A stretch of DNA of 62,287 nt, counting the filler, from Rhabdomonas costata (Eukaryota): assembly GCA_019059605.1 (NCBI GenBank). It is 13 parts of 13 records of this genome, joined end to end, with 100 filler letters (N's around TTAATTAATTAA, not from the genome) between each part and the next. Parts side by side here need not be neighbours in the genome. Positions count along the whole stretch, not along the records: positions 9,667 to 14,349 come from JAHMHO010000170.1; positions 14,450 to 19,137 come from JAHMHO010000171.1; positions 19,238 to 23,922 come from JAHMHO010000172.1; 10 more parts are not named here. One strand, 5' to 3'. Shown piece by piece: positions 12,182 through 24,022 of the stretch (position 1 is its first letter; each line of letters starts with the position of its first letter). The position numbers and the translations under genes were made by a program. The notes beneath the pieces were generated by a model. That model did no database searches. It saw only the letters and a list, made by a program, of their open reading frames with translations, and was not told the origin of the DNA.

Positions 12182-14198
12182 CCTCAGCGGTTTTCCTGGC
12201 GTCGCAAAGCATCACGAACGGGGCTGCACACCGGCGCTTGGAATCAGCAAGATCTGTGGGACGGGCTGGCCATCCTGGGACAATCCTGAAGCAGAAAGCA
12301 AGCCGCTCAGGAAGCACGGAAGCGGCTGATGGGAGAGATGCACGGGGGGAGGGTATTCAGCATACAGTCCAGACGGGCGGTCAACCGGCGTGACTGAATA
12401 CTGCATAATGTGATTATTTCCCCCTGAAATACGCATTTCAACTAAGCACAAACGAGGTAGGTAAGACTTGGCGTGGAGGGACAAGTGCGGGGCGATGTGC
12501 GTTCCAGATCCGTACCTCACAACACAGGACAGGATGCGATATATTTTCTGAAAAGCTGCCAGAGGCTGCGATCGGCTGTGACTGAAGATTGACATGCTAA
12601 CAGCAGAGCCTTACTTTGTACGCGTCTCAATGATGTGAAGCAAGTAGCATGCCGGAGCAGAGAGCAACTCCTAACCTGTTTCCATCGCAGACTTCTTTGA
12701 CGAGATCTGTGCTTGTTGATCACTGCCTGAATTGCTGGGCATTGGCTTGTTTTGGAGTTTTACATTACATCTTATGTACTGTGGGGTTCTGAGCCAACGG
12801 CAACCGGCGCAATTTACATCCCGGGCTTCGAGTTCAAAATGAGACGGCATTTTCGAGGTGGGTTTTTTTTACGACATGGGGTTTCAGCGGCCACAGAAGC
12901 AGCAAAAACAGCAGCAGCAGGACATACCCAGAGATGCAATGTGGACGGACTGCGACCTGCCTATCCTTCGTGGAGGCTGCTCGAGGGTCACAATGGAGGA
13001 GGTGAGCGTCGAAGAAGACCCTCCTTGCAGGACCCCAGAGGAACTTCTCTGGACCCTGTGGGCCTTCTCTGCGACGAAGCAAAGCACAGAGAACCAGAGA
13101 ACGGGAGAGGCATAATGAGAGAGATATCACGCGCTGTATGGAATGGTTGAGGCAGAGAAGCAAGCCTATTCTTCCTAATCTTTGACAGCGTAACTGTCAA
13201 CAGAAGCCGGATACACATTCCACGAATCGCCAAGAGTTTTGCAGGTTTGTGTGTGCGTGTGTGTGTGTGGGGGGGGGGGTGTAAGAAGAAGGAACGTTTT
13301 GAATTCCAAAAGTGAAACAAACCAACAAAGTAAAGATAAATGGAAAACAACCTGAGGGCGACATGTCAGGCGAATGCGTGGCAGCTGCAATGGAACCTGC
13401 GAAACGGAGCAAAATAAAGGCCAGAGATCTGGAGGCCCTATCATTTTTATTGGGGGGGTACATGTTGGAAAATTCAGTTTTTCATGGCAAAGTCCGCCTA
13501 TTTCCCACGCCCTACAAATTTGTGGGTGTGGAACTGCTCCCATACTGTTACGCTGTGAAGATCCAAGCAGTGCCACCCACTCCAAAACTGCTGCCCAAAT
13601 TTCAAGCAAAGAAGTCCAAATCTCCGGGGGGACCGCCATAACAGGAGCACCTACGCACCAGAAAGATGTCCACAGTTCTCGCCAACAGCACGACTCCCGC
13701 CCAAAGGTGTCAAACAATAATAGGGGATGAGGGGTGGTAACCTCTGAGGGACGAACCCCGCACCCTTCGCAAAGGACGAGGCGGCTGATCAGCGGAGGAA
13801 TCCACCGTGGACATGTCACTCGCTGGCGAACACCACCCCCGTCCCTCATCCAATCCCCCAAATCGCATGCGTTTGAAAAAGAGAGATGGAGACCAAAATG
13901 GAACAGAAATTAACAGCTTGATGATGCCTGTGCCTATTTATGCAGAAGGTCACGAAAAAGGGTCGCCTTTTCCGTGTGATTTTGGAGTGGCAAGAAGACA
14001 AAAGCGCGCACAATGCACGGTGGTGCGGTCATACTAAGCTGTAAAAGAGCATTGGGAGGGATGGGGAGCGGGGAAGTATGGGGCAAAAAAAACCTTTGCT
14101 GGATGCCATTGGAGAGCGCTGAGGCGAGAAGGTCAGTGAGCTGGGGCTCATTAGGTTATCAGTGCGGAGAACGCTGGGCGAGACTCCGATAGCCCCTG
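12182..14198 (-). CDS. Hypothetical exons of unknown product (upstream gene, or 5' part of the PSI gene)
   Basis: AG/GT-bounded GC-rich segments at ~14198-14093, ~13070-12928 and ~12285-12182. Two reading frames are possible and no domain was recognised. Confidence 0.35.
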
Positions 14199-14449
14199 AA
14201 GAGACCACCCCCGCACAACCCCACACCAGACTCATCCACACCAGCTTCTCACATACCTTCCAACCCTTCTATGCAGATGAGCAAGAACTGACATCCCTCC
14301 CTCCCCTTCTGTCTATCTATCAGTTCTTCCCTCCGTTAGCGCAGAAAGGNNNNNNNNNNNNNNNNNNNNNNNNNNNNNNNNNNNNNNNNNNNNTTAATTA
14401 ATTAANNNNNNNNNNNNNNNNNNNNNNNNNNNNNNNNNNNNNNNNNNNN

Positions 14450-14976
14450 CGCTGAGAGGTGTTATGGGAACCATGGAACTAGGATTGTGCGTCAACGGCT
14501 TCTCCAAGGCTCCAGGTCTTCAAACCGACCATTATCTCTGGGAGGTCTTAGCCATGGCGGCTGAATCAGTGGCGCGGCAAATGACGGGGCAAGACGTTTC
14601 CAACTGCGTGTCTGGGTTTTCAAAGGTGACGTTTCTCCGGGACTACGCTGCGTTATGGAGTGCCCTTGTGCCTGCAGCCGTTCGTACTTTGCCGAGAATG
14701 TCGCCACAAAGCCTTGCGATGTGTGTGCACGGATTCTCTAAGGTGGAGTACGTCCTGGGCCTGGACTCCCTTTGGCTTGCTCTGGCGCACGCAGCTGTCG
14801 CGATGGCAACACAACTCAACCCTGACAGCGTCGGGATTTGTTGGAAGGGGTTTTCCAGGGTCAATCTTCTTCGCAACTATGATGCGTTGTCGGCTGCCCT
14901 CGGCGGTGGTGAAAAAACTGCTCGTGCTGCTGTTATACAGTCGGATCGCCTTGTGCAACGCTCCCCCACTTTTTGA
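14450..14976 (+). CDS. 39-aa alpha-helical repeat protein (OPR/HPR-like), paralog 1, 5'-partial
   Basis: Four repeats (LCVNGFSK, NCVSGFSK, MCVHGFSK, ICWKGFSR) at 39-aa spacing, each followed by LW.AL..AA; no intron; TGA stop. Confidence 0.85.
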
Positions 14977-15892
14977 ATAATCCCGCGCTGGGATGCGATT
15001 CCTGGGGGCAAAGGTCTTCGCAAAGCTGAGGGATGCAGCATTGTATTCTTGGAAAGGATGGTCAAAGCATGGTCTTTTGACAGGTTCCTGCGCGAGAGCA
15101 TTGTGATTCAGGCTACCACGCCACGTTTTGCCCGCGTGTTGTGTGTATTCGCCGCTTTCCAAGTGGGAAATTGGTTGATTGGGAAGTGCTTGAGGATTTT
15201 GCTGCCGCTTGAGTGTTTTGATAGAAGCCACATATGTTGATGGCTTGATGCTAACTTATTCCTCCCTGTTCTGTATTGAATGCGTACTCATTTCGCCATC
15301 GTTGCAACCCCAAAAGTGGGTACACATTTCACCCCCACCCCCGCCCATTCCAGAAATACCGTCAGGTAGAGATGCTCTTCCAGCACTTCATATGCAAGGG
15401 TCAAGTGGTGGTGCATATACATCTCTATTTTCTATCTCCATATATCTCTATTTTCCAGTATGTCTGTCAAGATCCCATCCCAGTGTGCATGCCTACCTTT
15501 GGGCTTTTAGCCCGCCTGTGTCAGGCAGATGACGGATCAGACCATTGGACAGTTGGGTTGCCGCGAATTGTTGTGGTTGGGCCTGTGCTCATTTTGGAAT
15601 AGCGCTGGCGGTTCCTGAATTGATCCTGAATTGCGGAAGGATGGTGGATGGGGAGACCCCAAAAACGTTATCATGCCAACGCTGTATTACAGAAGGTATT
15701 GTCGAATGAGAAACCTTTTTTCCTGCTGAGAACCTTTTTTCTTGCTTTTATGAAGAAGTCTTTACATCGGCGCTCTTGGGCGTTTCGGTTAATATCGGTC
15801 GCTATCGTGCTTTACCTTAGGTTGAGGTTCCTGCGCTTTGACTGCAGTGCACTCTCTGCCACCGTTGCGTTTGTTTTGGGCGACCGCCACAT

Positions 15893-17710
15893 ATGCTGTG
15901 CAAACATGTCGCTTTGCGTTTCATCCGGCCGCAGCTTGCTCACCATGTCTCTGGTCTGCTCGGATCGCCTCCAAGGGCTTGGAAAAGATCAGGTTCACAG
16001 CACCGGTGGCGGCTTTTTTCGAGAGGGTATGTGCCAAAGCAGCACCGTGATATGCCTTCGAATCCGGTAACATGGGAGCTGCATTGCCTTGCGCAATTCC
16101 AACACACGCCGGAAGACCGAGCGAGGCTAGACATGCTGGTCAAAGTCGTGCAGCAAGAGGCCCACACCTTTGATGGTGAGGACTTGGTGAGATGCGTAAA
16201 CAATCTCTCGAAGCTTTCGGAATATCGCCAGGACCGGGAACTGTGGAGGTCTCTGGCTGCTTCTGTGACTGCGCATGTAGCGAGTTGGGACAGTCCCCAT
16301 GCAGCGACTATTGCGTGGCGGCTAGCCATGTTTGTCAATGGGTTTTCAAAAGTTGAGGTTCTTCTGATGGATCAAGATCTTTGGGCTGCAATTTCCAAGG
16401 CGGCGGTTCTCGCTGTTTCGGGAGCAAATGCTCGGGAAGTGGCTACCCTAGTGAATGGTTGTTCCAAGGTTTTGCTGTTGACAAGCAATCAGACCTTCTG
16501 GGAAGCAATGCGTGAAAGAGCCATCACCGTGCTGCCAATGATGAACTGCCAGGACGTTTCCAATTGTATCAATGGCTTTTCCAAAGCGAAAGTTTTATTT
16601 GGGAACGTTCTTTGGGAGTCAATGGCGAGAAGAGTCATTGAGCTGAGGAGTCAACTGACACTGAAACCACAGCATGTGGCGACCTCGGTAAACGTCTTCT
16701 CCAAGCTTGACTCGGTTTCTGACGATTCAGGGCTGTGGAATACTCTGGCCGAAGTTGCCGCGCTAGCGAGACATGAGCTGAATACGGTGGACGTCGCCAA
16801 CTGCGTGAACGGCTTCTCGAAGATCCCAATCTTAATGGATAACCGCGCTCTCTGGAAGGCAATGGCCTCTGCAGCCCTCAGATTGGCTGCTGAGATGACC
16901 CCGCAACATGTGGCTAACTGCGTGGGTGGCTTTTCCAACGTCGAGATGCTGCACAGGACCTCCATGCTGTGGGCGTCTCTCTCAGCTTCGGCGGAACATG
17001 TGGCCGGGCGCCTGTCCAGCCAAGGCATTGCCATCTGTGTCATGGGTTTTTCTAAGGTTGGGCTTGTGCTGGAGGATGAAGTTCTGTGGGCTTCCTTGGC
17101 CAGAACAGCCACAACAGCTGCCCGAAGCGCACAGTTGAATACCAGGCAACTCTCGACTTGCGTTGTCGGCTTCTCAAAGGTCAGATGCCTAGGTGACCAC
17201 TATCCCCTGTGGACTGCCTTGGCGGACGCTGCCGTTGAGCTGAAGCTTGCCCCTCGGGACGTCGGGTGCTACATGTGGGGCTTTTCTAGGATTGAGTTTC
17301 TCTGCGGCAGCCGCCCAGATCTCTGGAGGTGTCTTTCCGAGACCGCTGTCGCAGTGATGGGGACGCTCTCTCCGTTTGATGTCGCATCCTGTGCATTCAG
17401 TTTTTCGAAGATCGGCATGTTGCGGAGGAATAAAGTCCTATGGTCCGCCCTTGCCACGGCGAGTGTCGCTTCCTGTACCAAACTCAGTCCCCGTGGGGTC
17501 GCCGTCTCGATAGCTGCGTTTTCGAAAATCGGGATGCTGCACAACCATAGGCCCCTGTGGGAGGCTCTGGGTACTGCGGCCGTAACCAAGAAGCCGCTTA
17601 TGAAGGGACAGGATTTTGCGGAGTGCGTGGCCGGGTTTTCCAACGTGGGAATTCTTTTTAACCGCCAGGACGTTGTGAAAGCCTTTGGCCTGCTGGAAAA
17701 TTGGATATGA
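15893..17710 (+). CDS. 39-aa alpha-helical repeat protein (OPR/HPR-like), paralog 2, probable mitochondrial targeting peptide
   Basis: Intronless 605-aa ORF with 13 repeats, consensus (M/L).PQ.VA.CV.GFSK+..L.....LW.ALA..A. The first ~50 aa are Arg/Ser-rich with no acidic residues. No RAP domain visible. Confidence 0.88.
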   Translation: MLCKHVALRFIRPQLAHHVSGLLGSPPRAWKRSGSQHRWRLFSRGYVPKQHRDMPSNPVTWELHCLAQFQHTPEDRARLDMLVKVVQQEAHTFDGEDLVRCVNNLSKLSEYRQDRELWRSLAASVTAHVASWDSPHAATIAWRLAMFVNGFSKVEVLLMDQDLWAAISKAAVLAVSGANAREVATLVNGCSKVLLLTSNQTFWEAMRERAITVLPMMNCQDVSNCINGFSKAKVLFGNVLWESMARRVIELRSQLTLKPQHVATSVNVFSKLDSVSDDSGLWNTLAEVAALARHELNTVDVANCVNGFSKIPILMDNRALWKAMASAALRLAAEMTPQHVANCVGGFSNVEMLHRTSMLWASLSASAEHVAGRLSSQGIAICVMGFSKVGLVLEDEVLWASLARTATTAARSAQLNTRQLSTCVVGFSKVRCLGDHYPLWTALADAAVELKLAPRDVGCYMWGFSRIEFLCGSRPDLWRCLSETAVAVMGTLSPFDVASCAFSFSKIGMLRRNKVLWSALATASVASCTKLSPRGVAVSIAAFSKIGMLHNHRPLWEALGTAAVTKKPLMKGQDFAECVAGFSNVGILFNRQDVVKAFGLLENWI

Positions 17711-19576
17711 TGGGATCACAATGGGAGGTACCCGTGATCCCATCAGACGGTTGGGTGACTACTACTTGCACTCACATTTGCAGAGAGGTCTACGTTCCTT
17801 CAACCGCGGCCTCAGTCAGCCTGCTGAAGCTGGTAACTCGATTGCTTCCGTTGTTGCTCTGCATTTCCATGACGGGGTGGTAAGTTAAGAAGCTGGGCAA
17901 CACATTTCGAACACCAGAAGGCCGTTGCGAGTTGCTGCTGCGGTTCCAATGAAACGAGACCATACACCGAACGCCTTCCCTCAAGGAGGCACCCGCCGAT
18001 TCTGAAATGGCAAAAGTTTAGTGGATTTTGAGTGGGAGTGAATTGATGCACGTTCGTAACAAGCCGCTGGAAAACGCCGGTGAAGGCACAACACCGCTGG
18101 AAAAGGAGAAGAAGCGAGTTTTGGTGGAGGAGGGCCCAAACCTTGTTTGAATGTTTTCTCTCTGAGGGTTGCTTGGAATTTAGTTGAATTATTCCTTGGA
18201 ACATATACCTGCATTCGCTGTGTCCAAGCCTCAAAGGTCAGGTACGTCCAGCACAAATGAGCTGTGCGCTGCAGAGCTGCAGTTTGGCGGTGGCCCAAAT
18301 GTTCTCCCATGAGCACCCCGACGTCACGTCACTGTTCACTTCTCAGCAATGAAAATGTGGGGCAGAGGTGGTGTGTTCATAATGAAATTTCGGTATGAGA
18401 TCGGAGCGGCCATTCGGAAAAAAAAACCGGACCGACACAACCTTAATCTATGGTGGTTCATCTGTATCTCCCCTCTCGGGAAGGGACAGGATGGTTCTGA
18501 ATTTGAAAGAAAAAGAACCGGTTCAGATCGGACCTGTTTCGGGTCTTCTACCTTACTTTCCATGGAACAAACTCGGACGGGTTGACACCCCTCTGGTGAT
18601 ATTGTTTATTTTCGTGAGCGTAACTTCCTTCCGCCCCGCCCAGGGTGCGCCGCTTGCCCTCCATACACAGCCTCTTCTTTTGGACTGATGGTGGCATGCA
18701 TTTGTCCGCTCATGGCTGCTGTCGTGTAGCTCCCGTCCGCCCTGGCGCGCCGGCTTCCCTTGCCGAAGCTTCTGGCCGTTGTTGTGGCCGCTTTCGCCCT
18801 GACCCTTGCAGTGAACTTTCATGCCAACCGAGTGCGCCGCCTGGAAGGTACAAATGTGTGGTTGACCAACAGCGACGCTAACTCCTGTGGGCCCCAGACT
18901 GTCGTTGTGACCCTGGTGCAATGTTACTGTGGAATTACCGTTTAGCGTTGTGAATGTGTGATATCATATTTGGTAGATTTGCTCCGCGATTCAGTGAATA
19001 AAAGCGATGAATGCCTTCTGGCTCCACGTTGTGTCGTGGCTTTCTACCTCAGCTCAGCTGCGGGACACGCATCAGCGACTGACCCAGGTGGAATCCACTG
19101 CGGCCCAGACCACAACCCCCCCCCAAACACACCAACANNNNNNNNNNNNNNNNNNNNNNNNNNNNNNNNNNNNNNNNNNNNTTAATTAATTAANNNNNNN
19201 NNNNNNNNNNNNNNNNNNNNNNNNNNNNNNNNNNNNNGGTGTGGGGTGCCACCGTTTGAAAGTCACCGTGAAACAACTTCACATCGGATTTCGCTGCGCG
19301 CTATTCTGTGTTACTTGCTCTATATAGGTATATGGTGTGGATGCCGAAATGTTGTGTGTGGTGGAATTACAAACCCCTTGGAGAATACATTGTTCGGTGT
19401 TCGGTTGGATATGCGAGTCCGTCGTTTCACAAGCTGGCTTTAAAAAACACCGCGCTCCGGCAAAGACCAACCGCATCAAAGTGGGGGCCATCCATGACAG
19501 AGTACACCGTGTTCACGAGCAATGGCCTCGAGGGCTCCCCAGCAGAAGCGCCCAGGCCCCAGTCTGCAGTGCGGAA

Positions 19577-21861
19577 TCACTTCTGTTTCCGCTGGGCTGG
19601 CTTCTTCTTATTGTCGTCCTTCTTCTTTCCCTTCGCCACGGCAACCACCTTCTTGCCCACCTTGGCGGCTGCCATTCGATTCCGCATCCGCTCCGCTAGT
19701 ACTCTGGCGTTATTCCGCTGCACCAGCATCAGGTTGAGCTTATAGTAAAACCGGTCCTGTAATGCGGCAACATCACGTGTTCGGACCCTACACTTTGTCT
19801 CCACCCATGGAAAAGTTGCCTTTCTCCTTTTGTTTTCGGGCGGGACTGCTTCAGAGACCTAATGATAACACAGGACCCGTGTGTCGTGTGGCAACGAAGT
19901 ATTTTCGCCTTTGTGTGACAAAGGGGAAACGACGGTTCTTGCTCGTTTGCAGGGTGCATTTTGAGCTTTCATAATAAGAGAAGAAAGTGCAGGCTGGCGC
20001 AATGGTCCAACATCAACATTCCCCTTGTGCCTCCTGGGGATGCATTCAGGCGGAACTTGCAAATGAATCAGCAGTTGCACTCGTCGTTCGTATCTCTCTC
20101 CCACATTTCAACCTGCTGCATCTTGAACACTTGACTCTCCATCGTCTTCAGTGCCTCGTTCATCTTAATGCACCTGAAGGCCGCCGCCATACACACAGGC
20201 CGGGTCAATGCCCATGCCAGAAGACGACGACGAAGGATAGCGCAAACAAAGGAAAAAATCGTTGGCACACCAGCGTGCAGATGGACGGACGGTGTCCCAA
20301 CCTAGTTCTTTCGCTCATAGCACATCCGTAACGCTCAATTCAGCCCACTGCGGTACTTTGGTGCTGGCAAAAAGCACTCCTGGGCTCTACCACTAGGTAT
20401 GCTGAGAATCCCAGCCAAAACTTAGGCTCAGTAAACGGTACCTTCCGAGCCCATGTAAAGGCAAAAAGGGCTTAAAAGCACCCAAAAATGGTCAAGTGCG
20501 CACCGTATAGCACTCCCGAGCTATACCCCCTGGCATGCCAAGAAGGGCCAGGCGAAAGGTCGGGCTGATTAGGCAGCCTTGCAAACGTTCGCGGGTGATG
20601 GTTGGTGAGAGAGAGAGAGAGGAGGCCAGCTGAACCTAGATAGGCCCACCTGGAAGGATCCCCCAGAACAGCGAAAAGAAAGGGAATAGTAGGAACCCAA
20701 TGAACGCACGACCTTTGCAGAGTGTTCCGCTTGAGGTAGGTGTTATACGGGGTACGGGTGCTTTTGTAGTCTTGCAGGGGCCACTCAACGCCAGCTTTTT
20801 TGTACTGTGCAGCGGAGCGATGCAATGAATGACAGGAAAGCCAATGAATGGAAAAAAAAGGGTATTCAGTCAGGTTTTATCTCGGTCTCCTTCGGAACAA
20901 GCAGCAAGTGTCCGCTGAGTTTTGGGGTCAAGCTTGCGTCGGCTGTAGGCTACAGCTTTTGTCACTTTGTCACTCACACTTAGGATCTTAGGATGGCGAT
21001 CTGTCTCTTTCTCTACCTATCCATCACTGGCGGAACTTTGTCTAATACACTCTTGCGGCTCGAAAGTCAGCTCTCTGTTTTGCTCAAGTGCACCACAAAA
21101 CTGGAAAAAACATTCGCAAGTATGAACAAAAAAGTTTGCAACGCGGAGCTTCGCGGCGAAAAGGAAACTTTTACGGGATTCCATCTCAAATTCTGTTTGA
21201 GCCAAGACTTTGCAAACAGCTGGCTGCGGTCGTCTTCCCTTCGGGCTGTTCCAGGGGTTCCAGGCAGCACCCAAGGAAGCACAGGAAGCACCCAAGCACA
21301 CCCGCTTCTTTTGAGTTTCCAGAAGCTCCGCCGACAGGTAGGGCAGCTGTAAACGAAGACGCAGCCCGGAAACACGGCAAACACCCTCCCAGCACCACAT
21401 TCCATCGAAGCCTGAAAGTCGCGCCCACACAAACGAAGCAAAGCTCTGGGGCTTTGTCGCGGCAAGCAGCCATCCGTGGCAGCCTCACGAGTACGCGAGA
21501 CCGACGGTGTGGTGTGCTCACTCCAAGGTAATTTTTTAAGGTGTGCGCAACCGTTCTGCCTCTTTCCCTCCAAGACGACCGTGGCGGGGTTTGCAGCTCG
21601 GATGTAGGGATAAGAGGGTCTCCGAGCACTATTATATTTATATTATTTGATCTCTGCGGCTGATATTCTTTATATTGGCGAAATACTACACACAAAATGG
21701 AAAGCAATGCGTGACAATGAAGAATAGGAAAGAGAGACAGAAAGACAGGGAGAGAAATGGTGGTTGTATTCCTCAGAGGGGCGCCGCAGTGCTGTCCTCT
21801 TCTGCCGTAGCACCATCCCCGAAACGTACTTCACCGCCACAGGGAGACGCGCCGGTGGCAT
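19577..21861 (-). CDS. Small basic protein, putative mitochondrial ribosomal protein mL59-like
   Basis: Exons 21861-21830, 21628-~21560, (a small exon near 21410, uncertain), 21346-21302, 20804-20713, 20173-20113, 19756-19577 give NPATVVLEGKR..LPYLSAELLETQKKR/YKKAGVEWPL..LQR/CIKMNEALKTMESQV..Lys-rich tail. Resembles the recalled mL59 pattern NP..GKW..P.YS..G..WP..I..AL..M. The gene is well supported; the family call is tentative. Confidence 0.5.
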
Positions 21862-22680
21862 TTTGCGCCCGGAGGTTGAGGTGGGTGACTTACCTCACTC
21901 ACCTCCCAAGGACTCGCGCAGGCCCCCCAACCCGGCAGCACGGTGGAGCAAAGGCCGAGATCCAACAGGGTGGGTGGGTGAGAATCGAGAGAGGATTCCC
22001 GCCTGGTCGCAGGCTGCGGGAAAGCCTCCAGAAAAAAACGGAAGGAGGAGAAAAAAACGGAGGCAAATCAAAAAAACAACGGCTACGCGCTGGGGGTGGG
22101 GCCAGAAGACCAGAAGGAGAATAGATGAGGCCAAAATAGGTGGAATGGATCGGGCCCCCACTGTTAACTGGAACAGTGTCTCCGCCCCGGTCTCCCGGGG
22201 ACGCATTACAACGGCGTTTTTAGTCATCGGCAGAAATATGTAACTTCTTTCGTGCCCCTGTCGACTGGGCTCTGGAGGACAAGCGGGGCAGACTTAACTG
22301 GAGGCCCGAAGACCAGTCTGCAGCCTGAGGGGGTGGTGAACGGGGCACATCTTGAGGCACCATTCCATATTACGATTACACAATGGTATTTCGGCGACTT
22401 TCACGGTCCTTCCGGTTCAGCACGGTGGCATATCCTAAAAGACCACGACCTGGGTAACAGAGGATTTCGAGCACTGAGACTGAACCTGATGATACATCCA
22501 ATCAAGGACCGCATCCCAATTCCAACCACAAACTTCACGTGAGCAACCCCTGTGAAACAGTTGAGCAAACGTAAGTCAAAACACGCAATGACGACGAGAA
22601 GGGAGAGACTCCAGTGAGAAGTGGGCAAGCGCCACAGCCCCCCTGCACGGCGGCCCCATGCTGGCTTAGAGCGGAGGAAC

Positions 22681-23560
22681 CTAGGAGGGGGGAGCCCCTG
22701 CCAGAAGCTTCTCCTCCAGCGCAGTGATCTCTTCGTAGGAGGTGGCCGCCTCGATCTGGGCCTGTAGGTGAGGAAAGTGGGCGCGGGGGTTGAAGAAAAA
22801 ACTGCTGTTTTCCCACCACCCATCTCCTTTTTGTTTGTGTGGCACCCACTCACTCGGCCATCTGATTAGTACAATTTGATCCTGCACCCCACTGCGCAAC
22901 TTCACACTTTGTTATGATGTGATTCTTGGCCGCTGTGTTCCTTCCGTTTCAACCGGAAGCGCCAGTATCCGTCAGGAAACCGTCCTATTCCAAACACAGG
23001 ACACATGCCACCGTGCGCCCAGGGCATTTTTCCAGGAGGGACAGACATACACACCCGGATGGCCTCCTGCTGCTCCTCCGTCAGCAGCCCCGTGGGAGCC
23101 TCAGTATGAACCTCACCTGAAAAGAAGGCGTGTCCATCTCACTTCCGGACTCTGACTGGGTCAAACATTAGAGGCCGGGCAAACCGATTCACCCATTTTC
23201 CCGCTTGGCTGTCCTGTGACTCCTGACGTTTGGGGCAGGTCAGGAGGCAGACGAGGATTATTAGCTGATGCTGGAATCCCCAAAAAAACAAAGGCAAACT
23301 ACATGCCAACTCAGAACCACGCTTTCTTACCTGTGGCCACGCTGTAGTGAAGGGAGAACACCCTTTGGGCATGATACCCACCGGCATTCTTGGAGTGGTC
23401 CCATGACTTCAATTGGAACTCGTGACATACTAATTTCCGAGTTCGGGAGAAAACTTAACTTATAAACCAGTGTATCATGCTCACCTGGAGTGAAGGTTTT
23501 TGCGGCTGGCTCAGCCACCTCAGCGGCGCTGCCAAACATGTCCTCGGCCTGCTTCCGTTC
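22681..23560 (-). CDS. SNRPA1: U2 snRNP protein A' (C-terminal exons)
   Basis: Three GT-AG exons: ERKQAEDMFG..KTFTP/GEVHTEAPTGLLTEEQQEAIR/AQIEAATSYEEITALEEKLLAG*. Matches the U2A' C-terminus (ER..AE.MF..KTF.PG..AI..A.+..EI..LE..L..G). Confidence 0.85.
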
Positions 23561-23798
23561 CTGCAAAAAGGATCACCACCACACTCTTTCCCCAAAAATA
23601 CCTTTGTAAGCAAGCAGAGCATAAACTGAGTCACAGCAGCCAATTTGTCATGAAAAAACGTGCCACTGTGTTTTCCTCATTGGCATTGTTCCCCTTTGCA
23701 CCAGAAGAGCAAGCAGGCTCTGAGCGCAACAGCCCCCCCCCTCCTCCAGAAGAAAAAGAAAGAGCTCTTGACTTTTGTTTCCCGCGGTCGCTGTTCGT

Positions 23799-23922
23799 GT
23801 TTTCCTAGGTAAGAGCACAAGAAAGCTTTGCAACAAGCTCGCTCTTCCCCCCCTTCATTGAATGAAAGGGGGGGAAGAGCGAGCTTGTTGCAAAGCTTTC
23901 TTGTGCTCTTACCTAGGAAAAC
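23799..23922. repeat. Near-perfect fold-back palindrome at contig end
   Basis: 23799-23859 is the reverse complement of 23861-23922 with a 1-nt bulge, and ends exactly at the contig end. Confidence 0.9.
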
Positions 23923-24022
23923 NNNNNNNNNNNNNNNNNNNNNNNNNNNNNNNNNNNNNNNNNNNNTTAATTAATTAANNNNNNNNNNNNNNNNNNNNNN
24001 NNNNNNNNNNNNNNNNNNNNNN

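Noticed and set aside
21613-21780. Euglenid-type non-conventional intron (CCCTCT direct repeats, complementary TCTGAG/CTCGGA ends) in the mL59-like gene
   Set aside because: A canonical GT-AG intron (21829-21629; AA/GTACGT..ATAG/T) restores the same frame.
23799-23922. Hairpin RNA or terminator-like structure
   Set aside because: The palindrome ends exactly at the contig end, typical of fold-back chimeras.
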